A program made the position numbers and the translations under genes. DNA of 64,000 nucleotides. Origin: Octopus vulgaris (lineage: Eukaryota). A model generated the notes under the pieces. The model made no database searches and was not told the origin of the DNA. It saw only the letters and a list, made by a program, of their open reading frames with translations. Positions 39,343-52,577 of this stretch are shown here, in pieces. Every line of letters starts with the position of its first letter. Positions within the stretch are counted from its first letter, which is position 1. Where the stretch lies: assembly GCA_951406725.2 (NCBI GenBank), contig OX597816.1:172236001-172300000 (forward strand). Reading direction: 5' to 3'.

Positions 39343-40801
39343 AGTGCCACCTGACTGACTCCCATGACAGTGGTATGTAAAAAGCACCATTTGAGCGTGG
39401 TCAATGCCAGTACCACCTGAATGGCTTCCATGACAGTGGTATGTAAAAAGCACCATTTGAGCGTGGTCAATGCCAGTACCACCTGAATGGCTCCCATGAC
39501 AGTGGTATGTAAAAAGCACCATTTGAGCGTGGTCAATGCCAGTACCACCTGGCTGGCTCCCATGCAGTGGTATGTAAAAAGCACCATTTGAGCGTGGTCA
39601 ATGCCAGTACCACCTGAATGGCTCCCATGACAGTGGTATGTAAAAAGCACCATTTGAGCGTGGTCAATGCCAGTACCACCTGAATGGCTTCCATGACAGT
39701 GGTATGTAAAAAGCACCATTTGAGCGTGGTCAATGCCAGTACCACCTGACTGGCTCCCATGACAGTGGTATGTAAAAAGCACCATTTGAGCGTGGTCAAT
39801 GCCAGTACCACCTGAATGGCTTCCATGACAGTGGTATGTAAAAAGCACCATTTGAGCTGGTCAATGCCAGTACCACCTGAATGGCTCCCATGACAGTGGT
39901 ATGTAAAAACATTTGAGGTGGTCAATGCCAGTACCACTGTGGCTCCCATGAGGGTAGTAAAAAGCACCATTTGAGCGTGGTCAATGCCAGTACCACCTGA
40001 ATGGCTCCCATGACAGTGGTATGTAAAAAGCACCATTTGAGCGTGGTCAATGCCAGTACCACCTGGCTGGCTCCCATAACAGTGGTATGTAAAAAGCACC
40101 ATTTGAGCGTGGTCAATGCCAGTACCACCTGAATGGCTCCCATGACAGTGGTATGTAAAAAGCACCATTTGAGCGTGGTCAATGCCAGTACCACCTGAAT
40201 GGCTTCCATGACAGTGGTATGTAAAACCATTTGAGCACCATTTGAGCAGTGGTCAATGCCAGTACCACCTGAATGGCTCCCATGACAGTGGTATGTAAAA
40301 AGCACCATTTGAGCGTGGTCAATGCCAGTACCACCTGAATGGCTTCCATGACAGTGGTATGTAAAAAGCACCATTTGAGCGTGGTCAATGCCAGTACCAC
40401 CTGAATGGCTGGTATGTAAAACCCATGACAGTGGTATGTAAAAAGCACCATTTGAGCGTGGTCAATGCCAGTACCACCTGAATGGCTCCATGACAGTGGT
40501 ATGTAAAAAGCACCATTTGAGCGTGGTCAATGCCAGTACCACCTGAATGGCTCCATGACAGTGGTATGTAAAAGCACCATTTGAGCGTGGTCAATGCCAG
40601 TACCACCTGAATGGCTCCCATGACAGTGGTATGTAAAAAGCACCATTTGAGCGTGGTCAATGCCAGTACCACCTGAATGGCTCCCATGACAGTGGTATGT
40701 AAAAAATACAATTTGAGCGTGGTCAATGCCAGTACCACCTGAATGGCTCCCATGACAGTGGTATGTAAAAAGCACCATTTGAGCGTGGTCAATGCCAGTA
40801 C
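39343..40801. repeat. 66-bp tandem satellite, ~22 copies, derived from an RTE 3' tail module
   Basis: Unit CATGACAGTGGTATGTAAAAAGCACCATTTGAGCGTGGTCAATGCCAGTACCACCTGAATGGCTCC; preceded by RTE tail sequence (39190-39340). Confidence 0.95.
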
Positions 40802-40802
40802 C

Positions 40803-41021
40803 TATTTCTTTATTACCCACAAGGGGCTAAACATAGAGGGGACAGACATAGGTATTAAGTCGATTACATAGACCCCAGTGTAACTGGTACTTAATTTATC
40901 GACCCCGAAAGGATGAGAGGCAAAGTCGACCTCGGCGGAATTTGAACTCACAACGTAACGCAGACGAAATACCGCTAAGCATTTCGCCCGGCGTGCTAAC
41001 GTTTCTGCCAGCTCGCCACCT
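40803..41021 (-). mobile_element. SINE family B abutting the satellite
   Basis: Reverse-complement match to family B. Confidence 0.85.
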
Positions 41022-41101
41022 TCTGTTGTTTATTTATTTCACTTTTGTCCCTCATCAGTCCACTCAGGGTCTTGTCTTGAATTACATTTATTCATTTACA
41101 T

Positions 41102-41267
41102 AGGCGCATGTGTGGCTGTGTGGTAAGTAGCTTGCTAACCAACCACATGGTTCCGGGTTCAGTCCCACTGCGTGGCATCTTGGGCAAGTGTCTTCTGCTA
41201 TAGCCCCAGGCCGACCAATGCCTTGTGAGTGGATTTGGTAGACAGAAACTGAAAGAAGCCTGTCGTA

Positions 41268-41314
<47 letters not shown>

Positions 41315-41522
41315 CTGTGTTTGTCCCCCTAGCATCACTTGACAACTGATGCTGGTGTGTTTACGACCCCGTCACTTAGTGGTTCGGCAAAAGAGACTGA
41401 TAGAATAAGTACTGGGCTTACAAAGAATAAGTCTTAGGGTCAATTTGCTCGACTAAAGGCGGTGCTCCAGCATGGCCACAGTCAAATGACTGAAACAAGT
41501 AAAAGAGTAAAAGAGTAAAGAG
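41102..41522 (+). mobile_element. SINE family A
   Basis: Full copy. Confidence 0.85.
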
Positions 41523-41749
41523 AATATGCCCACTTCTGTGATCCCACATTCTCAACAGCTCCTATTTGGAAGCAATATTATTGATAATGGCATGAAATTG
41601 CATTTGGCACCCTGACCAATAACAGGGAAGGAATTGGTGACCTTCTGTATTTGTTTTCCATTCGTCTGTGCATTTAGTATATGTTTTCCAACTCGACTTT
41701 CCATATCTTTTTTCTGCTCATTTGTTTATTACTATACATGTTTGACTTC

Positions 41750-41790
<41 letters not shown>

Positions 41791-42517
41791 TGAGGCCTTA
41801 GAACCCCCTTGGAGTCAATATTCTGTCCAGCAGACCAAAAAAATTCTTTCCTTCTTCTTCCCTCTCCCTTCCCCTCTTTCTCTTTAGCACTCACCCCAGA
41901 TACAAACACTCACACACACACACACATACACACATGTTCTCTCTCTCACTTTCTCCTCATCCATCATCCTCTTGTACTCTTTTATATTCCTCCCCACCAC
42001 TACGAAACTCTATAAAATGATCAAAATTCCCCACACAGGAACTTAGTTTGATTTGAAAACCCCACTAGAATGGGAGAAAGCGCTAATACATGATCTAAGT
42101 TATATGATGTATATATATAAAAAATGTAATATATAAATAAATATCTGTAAATATAAACCATCCGATCTTCTGAGTACCTCATTTCTTCTAATATATATAT
42201 ATATAAGTTGAAGTGTACAGTATTATATAGCCATTAGAGTCAATCTTACCAATCAGTTTTGCATTAGAGGTTCAACGAAGTGTTAGGTAACAGTCTGATA
42301 ATTAACCCTGCACTCATCAGAGATAGCCGTTATGGAATGAAATATGGTGATTGCTCTCCATTGCAGGAGGTACATAGGACACATTTAGTTAAGGGTTGCT
42401 GCGAAAAAGTTGATGAAAAGAATTGAGCAGGAGAGTTAACAGTTGTCCCTTGGTACCAGAACATCGTCCCTGGATGTAGTTCTTTTGCAAGTTATGCATC
42501 TTGTGTCAGATATATAT

Positions 42518-42836
42518 ATCATCATCATCATCATCATCGTTTAGCGTCCGCTTTCCATGCTGGCATGGGTTGGACGGTGCAACTGGGGTCTGGGAAGCCA
42601 GAAGGCTGCATCAGGCCCAGTCTGATCTGGCAATGTTTCTACGGCTGGAATGCCTTCCTAACGCCAACCACTTCATGAGTGTAGTGGGTGCTTTTTACGT
42701 TCCACCTGCACAGGTGCCAGACAAGTCTGGCAAATGGCCACGGTCGGATGGTGCTTTTTATGTGCCACCGGCACGGAGGCCAGGTGAGGCTGGCAACGGC
42801 CACGATTGGATGCTGCTTTTTACGTGCCACCGGCAC
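42518..42836 (-). mobile_element. RTE 3' tail
   Basis: (ATC)n followed by the reverse complement of the RTE tail. Confidence 0.8.
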
Positions 42837-43654
42837 ATATATGTATATGTATATATACACATACATATATATATATATGCATATATCAATATTAATATAT
42901 ACTTATATATACATAGTATACCTTCACAAGCATACCCCCGCTGACTTTGTTTCCTCATAATTTTTAAAAAATAGAAATTTTTTTTTATGAAATCCTCTAC
43001 TTATATATTTCAGTTGGTGTAAATTCAATTATATCAGCTGTCGTGAAAATCTTTTCTGTTGAGGCAGAGGAGTTTTGGCAAATTCACATGAATCAGTTTT
43101 GTTTTATTATAAAGGTGTAGTGTTAGATGGTTGTCGTGATAGATAAAGAATGAAAGATATGAGATGCTGGTAGTCGTGTTGAAATCTGCTTGTGTATATT
43201 GAATACCCAGCACTTGTGAACAATTAACAGAAAATTGCAACCTAAGGTGGTGAATTGTTTTTTTTTTTTCTTTTTCTTCTTTTCACTCTTATGTATATAT
43301 TTAAGTATAAATTTTAAAAATTGAAATCTATACTATTTGAAAGATATTTGCAGAAAGTTTCTTTAAAAATATCCATTTTTCTCAAATTAGGAGAAAACAA
43401 AATTAGTAGGGCATACTTGAGTAGATATGCATATATATATATATATATATATTAATAGTTATCGCCATACTAATATGGCAGTCTATAAATATAAGACTAA
43501 AGCTGTCGCTGATTAGCTCCAAGAGGCCATCGCCTCTAGCTAGCTATATGACACACGAACCTGCATCCATTACAACCTTCGAACAGGGGAGGTCAGCCAC
43601 TTCACCTTGCTAGTATTCCGCTGTAACTAGGTAAATAAAATCTTCGAACAGACG

Positions 43655-45066
43655 GTCAGTTAGTAAGCTTAGGATTGGCAACGAGTATAGTGAAGAATTC
43701 CAGGTAGAAATAGGGGTCCACCAAGGTTCAGCCCTCAGTCCCCTTTTATTCATCATAGTCCTCCAGGCAATAACAGAGGAATTCAAGACGAGTTGCCCCT
43801 GGGAACTATACTGATGACCTGGCCCTCATAGCAGAATCACTACCAGAACTAGAAAAGGAATTTTGGGTGTGGAAGCTAGGTTAAGAATCAAAACGCCTTA
43901 GAGTAAATGTAGCAAAGACCAAAATTATAATAAGTAGGAAGGGGAACTCATCACACACCCTCAGGTAAGTGGTCCCGCTCAATCTGTAGAAAAGGTGTTG
44001 GTAGAAACTCCATAAGATGTACCCAGTGTAAGCTATGGATGCATAAGAGGTGCAGCAATATCAAAGGAAAATTAACCGAGAAGATAGCTTTCGTGTGCGG
44101 CAGATGCACAGGGGCAATAGACACCATTGATACTCAGAAAAAAGATTCCATCACACTCCAGTGGGAGAAACTAGAAGTAGTCGATAGTTTCTGCTACCTA
44201 GGTGACCAAGTTAGTAGTGGAGGTGGATGCTCAGAGAGTGTCACCACTAGAATATGAATAGCCTGGGCAAAGTTTAGAAAGCTTCTACCCCTACTATTGA
44301 CAAAGGGTCTCTTGCTCAGAGTGAAAGGTAGATTGTACGACGCATGTGTGTGAACTGCCATGCTTCACGTTAGTGAAACATGGGCTGTGACTGCAGAGTA
44401 CATGCGTAGGCTTGAAAGAAATGAAGCTAACATGATCCACTGGATGTGTAATGTCAGTGTGCACACACGACAGAGTGTAAGCGCCCTGAGAGAAATGCTG
44501 GACATAAGAAGCATCAGATGTGGCATGCAAGAGATGTTTGCGCTGGTATGGTCATGTACTATGGATGGATGAGGAGAGATGTGTGAAGAAGTGCCACTCC
44601 CAAACAGTTGAAGGAATCCAGGGTGGAGGTAGACCCAGGAAGGTGGTCACAGAGGCAATGACAAAAGACCGAGATCTCTGGAGATATGCTGTTACTGCGA
44701 AGACTCGACAAATAACACGAGTTCATGGCTGTTTCCTGCGCCAGTTTCACATAGCAGCCCCAGCCCATCCAAAGTACCTTGGATTGCAGGGCTATCTGCT
44801 GTGCTTGAGGAGACCTATTGAGTCAATTACATCAGCATCAAAATAAAAATCAAATGGAAATTGTAGTTGCGATACCTGTGCCGGTGGCACATAAAAAGCA
44901 TCCACTACACTCATGGAGTGGTTGGCATTAGGAAGGGCATCCAGCTGTAGAAACACTACCAGATCAGACTGGAGCCTGGTGCAGCCTCCTGGCTTTCCAG
45001 ACCCCAGTCGAACCGTCCAACCCATGCTAGGAGGGAAAACCGACGTTAAACGATGATGATGATGAT
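43655..45066 (+). mobile_element. 5'-truncated decayed RTE LINE (RT domain C-half, Cys-rich insert, 3' tail)
   Basis: GVHQGSALSPLLFIIVLQ, YTDDLALIAE, LEVVDSFCYLGD, SETWAV and LRWYGHV; (GAT)n tail. Confidence 0.9.
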
Positions 45067-45068
45067 TA

Positions 45069-45158
<90 letters not shown>

Positions 45159-45189
45159 CATATATACACACACATATATATATATATAC

Positions 45190-45224
<35 letters not shown>

Positions 45225-45339
45225 CATACATACATATGCATACATAAATACATACATATACATTTACATAAACCCACATACATATAAAAATGTACATATA
45301 TACATCCTTCCTTCACGCTGTCTGTCTCTTCGCCTGTCG

Positions 45340-45389
<50 letters not shown>

Positions 45390-45442
45390 TTAATTGTTAA
45401 TTTTTAAAAGCTTTATCATTCCACTTTGAAAATAATTCTTTT

Positions 45443-45848
45443 GGATCTTTTCGGTTTGAATGACAGTTTTTTAAAATAATTTCCACGTAACTAAACACCT
45501 TTAAACTTCGTATACTGGTAGAATGTGTTTATAAAACATCTTTTTCTCTTAGCTTTATTGAGAACATTCTATAGTTTGTAAGATATTTGTTGTTTTTTTC
45601 TGCAATTTCAACCAATCAATGACGTCTATTGAGGTGAAAAGCATTCTGTGCCGTATGAATATGTCCCTCGTTTAAGAAACAGATTGGGCTTATTTATATT
45701 TGTGAAGAAAAAAGATACTCTTCCCCCACCCCTAACCCTAACCCTAAAACAGATTGAAATGCAATAGATCGATACTAGGGTCATAATTATGGGTGACAAT
45801 TTCATATGACACCGCTAGAAAAAACTGCCTTTCAAACCGAAAAGATCC
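45443..45848 (+). mobile_element. GGATC-TIR MITE with 8-bp TSD
   Basis: TSD ATTCTTTT at 45435-45442 and 45849-45856; internal (CCCTAA)3. Confidence 0.9.
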
Positions 45849-45859
45849 ATTCTTTTTGA

Positions 45860-46149
45860 TATTTCTGTGAAAGAACCTTATTCGGAAGCGAGTTTTGTTA
45901 TCGGTTGCAGAAACGAAAAAAAAAAAAAAAATCTAAAACGTCTCATCTGCTAAATATTTCTTTACTGTGCATTTTGGCAATCTTTCGTCTCTAGTAGACC
46001 TTTCCGTCGATTTCCGTAAAAAACTTCTTTTTTTTTACATATGGGCTTGCGGGAACTTTTGAAGTAATGAGAGCGAAAGAGACTAAGAGAAAGCGATTGT
46101 ATGACGAGGGAAGTTCTTTTGAAGTTACCGTGCAGGGGAATCCTTGATG

Positions 46150-46185
<36 letters not shown>

Positions 46186-47226
46186 ATGGGGTGTGGGAGA
46201 CAGACAGTATGTTGTGTAAGTGAAGTGCTTCTGTTAGTGTGTGTGAAGAGACAGAGAGAGTAAAGTGTGAAAGAGAGAGATAAGCCCATATGTAAAAAAA
46301 AAGTTTTTTACGGAAATCGACGGAAAGGTCTACTAGAGACGAAAGATCGCCTGCATTTTTTTCCCGCTCGCTATGTGTCTTTGAAAAGCTTGTCGGAATA
46401 TTTATGTGAAACTCTTGCTCTGCCAGCAGACAACGTAACTGGCACATTTCAAATTTGCCATTCTGCTATGATTCCTGCGCGTTCCAAACTTGGTGTAAAC
46501 ACAAGTGCTACTACGAGATGGCTTCGAATCCAATTGCAGGAAAAGTTACCTGTAAGAGGCTGCTGCCATCCTTGCAATGAATCTATTTCCTCGCATTCAC
46601 TAAATACTTCGAAAACCAGGGTTAATTAAACACCGGACTACCACGAGTCTATAATTGGAAGTAAATGGATCACAACTACGGTTCAGAAAAGCCATTTCGA
46701 TATTCAAGTAGGTCAATCGTGATCTACACCAGAAGACAATTTACCTTTTAGCATGGTTTAATACATGTAATTGGGTTCTTGTTGTTTTGAGAAAAACTTT
46801 CGCTAACGAAATCAACAGGAACGTGATATATTGCAAACTACATAATTTAGTAATGGCCTATTGTCTTGTTTTCTTTCGTCAATGTTAATATATACAAAAT
46901 TGTTATCTCTCGACATTGAGTTACTTTTAAGACTAGGTCCACATGAAAAACTGAATGTGTGCTAGTCTTTAAGTGATTCACTAATGTTATTTGTATGAAA
47001 CTGGTTCTACCTGGATTTTCAGTTTTAATTAGCAAAACATAAAGGTGTGTCATTCATTATAAAAAGGCTTTCGTACAACCGAGTCCCGGTATTCGCTGGA
47101 AAGGAAATAACAAATTGACTTCTGTTTTTTCCCCATCTGTACTTGCAATCGGCCCGTTTTGATTTTATCAAACATTTGTATATTTTCTAAAAGAAATATC
47201 ACGAGTTATTCTCATTGCTTGGACAA
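45860..47226 (+). promoter_or_regulatory. Putative promoter/5' UTR of the SLC16-like gene
   Basis: Unique CpG-retaining sequence upstream of the 47227 ATG, containing a (GT)n tract and a long inverted repeat. Confidence 0.45.
45980..46347. repeat. Long inverted repeat (arms 45980-46048 and 46282-46347)
   Basis: The arms are reverse complements except for a 3-nt indel in the T/A run. Confidence 0.95.
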
Positions 47227-47687
47227 ATGGAACCTGGAGAAACATTTGGTAATTGCGTCAAACGAAAATTAAGTGCTATTTCACTTTATTCAAACTTTTC
47301 AAACATCAGCTTTCAGGAAGATAATCCTATTTTTAATCGTTTAAGCAATGATGTCAACGATTTTGATAATTCAAAAAATGATGTCAACGATTTTGATAAT
47401 TCAAACAATGATACCAATGATTATAATACTAATGCTGTGAATAATGGTGATTGTGCTACGAACAGAAGAGATATCGATGATGTCAACTTTACCAATAATG
47501 CTCATGGCACAGAAAATGACGCATATACAGGGGATTCCAACTTGGGCTCTATTAATCTTGATGAAAATTCTTCTGTTACAACGGCCTCATACCTAACATT
47601 ACCTTCAATTTTTGACGAAATAATGAAATATCGAGGAAAATCTGTGCGTTCATCTCAAAGATTTGACATCGACTCTCTAGCAACGAC
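47227..47687 (+). CDS. Probable first coding exon of an SLC16/MCT-like transporter: long Asn/Asp-rich cytoplasmic N-terminus
   Basis: ATG at 47227 with an in-frame TAA at 47188. 153 open codons of non-TE sequence end at a strong AC|GTAAGT donor (47688). The phase-2 end (AC) joins the next exon (T GCA GAC) in frame to give ...DSLATT-ADTVYS. Confidence 0.75.
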
Positions 47688-47941
47688 GTAAGTTGAAACA
47701 ATTTTTCTTTTGATTTTAATTTCAATGAAGAGTTTACAAAATGTATTCTATGAATGCGGTAATTTCCAAAAGGTGCTGGATAGTTAGTTCCTTGACAAAA
47801 AGAATTAAATTATATTTTTGAAAAATAAAAGAGAATTAAGATCTTATAAAGCCTTTATGTAATATGATTGTAAACATGACAATCCAACGAAATTTGGAGA
47901 AATTACGGAGTTTTTCTACCTTCCAATAGTTTTCGGTAATA

Positions 47942-48337
47942 TCTTTATATATAAAAGTGAAGTTGTGTGTCTGTCTCCTACGATTTAGATTCCTAACTAC
48001 TCCCACATTTTGCGGTGCAGTTTAACCAAAACCGGGTATCTTATAGTCGTGATTCATATCGAGCCCTTCTGGGTATTAGCGCGCGTCTACGATGAGTCTA
48101 CGATTTAAAAAAAATTACCATCATTTTTTTCCATTTTAATGCATTTTTTCGCTATTATATAAGGGAAGTAACTCTCTAAAAATGTCTACGATGAGTCAAC
48201 GATTTAAAAAAAAATTTACCATAATTTTTTTTCCATTTTTAATGCATTTTTTTGCTATTTTTTGGCTGTAACTCTCTAAAATTGCTTATATAGTTATTTC
48301 CCTTACAAACCCGAGCAACGCCGGGCGATACTGCTAG
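47942..48337 (+). mobile_element. Non-autonomous Helitron, ~250 bp inside the SLC16-like intron
   Basis: A|TCTTTATATATAAAAG ... hairpin ... CTAG|T. Confidence 0.9.
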
Positions 48338-48849
48338 TAGTCTATAAAAAAGTCAATTTTTAAAAAATTATTGTATGAAATAAATAAATAGCTCTTTTTT
48401 TCTTCAGAAAACGTTTTAAAATTATAACCTCGTCATAAATTTTTTATTTGCAAATTATTTTGAATAGCAATAATGGTTTCAAATTTTGGCACAAGACCAT
48501 CGATTTTGGGACAGGAGTATAGTTGACTCTTATTTGCTCTAAGGCTCGTGTCCCTCGTCTCCTTCCCAAATATTTTTAGAGAATAATCTCGATTTAAAAA
48601 TTTACATATTTTAGATTTTTTCAGAAAAAAAAAATGAAAGTATCATCATATTTATAAAAAATGAGGTTTTATTTCACTTACTGACGCCAAATGAAGAATA
48701 TAGAAAAAAAATTAGGAGACTTCATTGCATTGAAGATGAAATACGGGTGATGTTTATCATCCAAAGATATAAAATGTTACCAAAAACCATGAAACTCATG
48801 TTTCTTATTGATAATTAAGCATAATTTATTGAATATTTAAATAAATATT

Positions 48850-49336
48850 GGATCTTTTCGGTTTGAACGACAGTTTTTAAAAATAATTTCCACGTAACTA
48901 AACACTTTTAAACTTCGTATACTGGTAGAATGTGTTTATAAAACATCTTTTTCTCTTGGCTTTATTGAGAAAATTCTATAGTTTGTAAGATATTTGTTGT
49001 TTTTTTTTTCTGCAATTTCAACCAATCAATGACGTCTATTGAAGTGAAAACATTCTGTGTCGTATGAATATGTCTGATCTTTTCCTTTTGAACGGCAGTT
49101 TTCAACACAATTTCTAGTTAACTATGCACTTTTAAACTTCGTATACTGGTAGAATGTGTCAAAATAAAATATTTTTTTCTCTTGACTTCCTTGAGAAAAT
49201 TGTAATTTGTAAGTTTAAGGTAGTTTAATTTTTCGAATTTTAACCAATCCTATGCCCTCTATTGAGCTAAAATCATTTGCTGCGTCTAAATTTTAGCCTT
49301 TCGTTTTTTAGGGTTAGGGTTAAACCCTAACCCTAA
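48850..49336 (+). mobile_element. Two truncated, related GGATC-TIR MITE halves in tandem
   Basis: Left TIRs at 48850 and ~49076; ends in telomeric-type repeats. Confidence 0.75.
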
Positions 49337-49339
49337 TCA

Positions 49340-50515
49340 TTATCTGCCATGATTGTGATTTTGCTCAGCTTGATGGATCTTTTTCTCAAGCATGACATAA
49401 TACCTCTGTGGGACCCAACACTGAAAGGGAACTCAGCCAATATGCTTCCATGAGGCCCAACACTCGGAAGGAACTCAGCCACTTTGCCTCTGTGAAGTCC
49501 AGTGCTTGAAAGCTGTTCTTTACATGCACCAGCACAGGTGCACTTGGCTTGACAGGTCCTCTCAAGCACAGCACATGGCCAAAGGTCTCGATCATTAGTC
49601 ACTGTCTCTGTGAGACTCAAAGTTTGAAGATCATGCTTCATCACCTTGTTCCATGTCTTCCTGGCTCTGCTTCTACCACTTGTTCCCTCCACAAAGATTG
49701 ACACTTTACACAGCTGTCCTTGTCCATACGCATCATACGGCCTCACCAGCACAGTCATCTCCCTTGCCCACCACATCTGATGCCTCTTATGCCTAACTTT
49801 TCTCTCAAGATGCTTACACTCTGTTGAACATGCACACTGACATTGCACATCCAACGAAACATACTGGCTTTATTTCTTTTAACCCTACGCATCTCCTCAG
49901 CTGCCACAGCCCATGTAACATAACTGTTCGCACACAGGCATCAAACAATCTGCCTTTCACTCTGAGAGAGAAGCCCTTGGTTGCCAGCAGGGTTGGGAGC
50001 TATCTGAAGTTTGCTCATCCTAATCTTATTGTCACAGCTATGTTCTCGGAGTATCCACCTTCACCACTAACTTGGTCACCCCGTTAACCTTCCCCTGATA
50101 TTGCTGCACTGGGTGCATCTTATGGAGTTTCTACTTACACCATTTCTACAGATTGAGCAGGGCCATATACCTGAAGGGATTTGTGATTTGTCTGCTTTCC
50201 TACTTACTAAGACTTTGGTTTTTGCAAGGTTAACTCTAAGGCCCTTTGATTCTAGACCTTGCTTCCATACCCAAAACTTCTCTAGTTCTGGTAGTGATTT
50301 AACTATAAGAGCAATGTCATCAGCATAGAGAAGCTCTCAGGAGCAGCCTGTCTTGAATTCCTCTGTTATTGCCTGGAGGACTATGATGAACAAGAGAGGG
50401 CTGAGAACCAATCCTTGGTGAACCCCTACGTGTACCTGGAATTCTTCACTATACTTATTGCCAACCCTCACCTTACTGGTAGCATCCCTGTACATAGCTA
50501 GTACAGCTCTTACAC
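49340..50515 (-). mobile_element. Decayed RTE LINE fragment
   Basis: Reverse-complement homology to 43655-44830 (VHQGLVLSPLLFIIVLQ, LLYADDIAL, RKTWNKVMKHDLQTL). Confidence 0.85.
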
Positions 50516-51397
50516 AGCTCTTACCAACCAGTACAGGGGCTAAAATATAGATGAATAATATCTTTTATAAATGAATATAAAAAAGTGCACCAGAATATTT
50601 CTATTTGCTTCAAAGCGTGCTGAGAGTAAAAGAAGTTTCAGAACCATGGCCTTAACATAACTAAAACGTTAGGGATCACCAACAGAGTGGCCATGCTGGG
50701 GCACTGCCTTGGGGGATTTTTTAGTTGAACAAATCAACCCCAGTACTTACTTTTTTTAAACCTGGCACTTTTCTATTGGTCACTTTTGCTAAACTGCTAA
50801 GTTAGAGGGATGTAAACACACCAACATTGGCTGTCAAGTGGTGGTAGGGGACAAATGTAGACACACACACACATACACATGCACACACACACATGCACAC
50901 ACACATGCACACATCCTTTAAGTTCGTTTACAGGAAACGTTTTTGAGTAGGTATATAAAAGCTCCTATTTTATTATGTCGGCTACAGCCTAATGATACCA
51001 ACTAGCAATAGCAGTTTTATGGGGCTGTACTGAGCTGTGCTGATATAATGTAGGATAAATATAGTAATAATAATAATAATAATAATCCATGAATGGAATT
51101 TATGAATAATGTAATGCATCGCTACCCTTGTTTCCACAAATCACATGTTTCTTATGATCATAGTCCATATTCCTGGGATAGTTACAGTGCAACCTGTAGT
51201 ATTCATGGACATCAGGTGGTTTGTAGTTCATGTGTTCATTTTTTCTGGTAATATGGCTCTAACAGTGGAAGCAGCAACTGTATAACTGAAAGAGGTTTAT
51301 CAATTTTCACTAATCAAAAGTTTTATTGGCAGTTCTGTGTGTATCTTCAAAACAAGAGAAAATAAAAACCAACTAAAAAAAAAAAGTTATTTTCCTA

Positions 51398-51790
51398 TGC
51401 AGGAGTGGCTGTGTGGTAAGTAGCTTGTTTACCAACCACATGGTTCTGGGTTCAGTCCCACTGCGTGGCACCTTGGGCAAGTGTCTTCTACTATAGCCTC
51501 GGGCCGACCAAAGCCTTGTGAGTGGATTTGGTAGACGGAAACTGAAAGAAGCCCGTCATATATATGTATATATATATATGTATGTGTCTGTGTTTGTCCC
51601 CCTAGCATTGCTTGACAACCGATGCTGGTGTGTTTACGTCCCCGTCACTTAGCGGTTCGGCAAAAGAGACCGATAGAATAAGTACTGGGCTTACAAAGAA
51701 TAAGTCCCGGGGTCGAGTTGCTCGATTAAAGGCAGTGCTCCAGCATGGCCGCAGTCAAATGACTGAAACAAGTAAAAGAGAAAGAGAGAG
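51398..51790 (+). mobile_element. SINE family A
   Basis: Full copy. Confidence 0.85.
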
Positions 51791-52577
51791 ATGCTACATG
51801 CTATATCATTGTACCACCAGAAGTAATTAAAAGGACCATTTATGAAAACCTCATTTGTCAACTCAGACAATGAACTACAACAGAATGGGTTTACTTCCTG
51901 ACCTTACAACATCTGGATTCATTGAGGATGTGCCTGCTGTGACCAAGGTCACACAAATGAACTATACTACCCATCCCAGCATCTGCATACACATATCAAA
52001 ATGAGTCCAACATCACCACACACTCCTTCCTCTCCTTTCTCTCTTTCCATCACCTTCTATCCCTACCAAATACACACAGAACTGTCTACATACCTCAATA
52101 AACCTTTTGATTGGTGAAAATTGATAAACCTCATTTGGTTATACATGTATCGCTTCCAACGTTAATGCCATATCACCTGAAGAAGTGAACAAAAACTATG
52201 ATCCACTTGATGCCATGGATACTACAGACTGTTTTGTAATCATCCTAAGAATATGGACTATGATTGTAAGAAATGGGTTTGTGGAAATGCATGTAGTGAT
52301 GCATTAAATTACAAATTTATTTGGATATTCCATCCATGGATTATTATTACTATATATATGAATGTTTATATGTGATGGGTTTCTTTCGGTTTCTACCTAC
52401 CAAATCCACTCATAAGGCCCAAGTGGGACTGAACTTGGAACTATGTGGTTGGGAAGCAAGCGTTTTACCAAACAGCCATGTCTGTGCCAATATATTCATA
52501 AACAGTTGCTCTGAACAACATTTTTCTCTCAAAAACATACCAGTTTTATTTGAGCCGGTTATGATCAATGGTATTCT

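Noticed and set aside
39343-40801. CRISPR-like array or His/Cys-rich repeat protein gene
   Set aside because: Units are contiguous with no unique spacers, there are no cas genes and the context is eukaryotic. Frequent frameshifting indels and TE-tail homology argue against coding.
49308-49336. Chromosome end-to-end fusion site
   Set aside because: Only two repeats per side, and the same repeats are part of a MITE family in this window.
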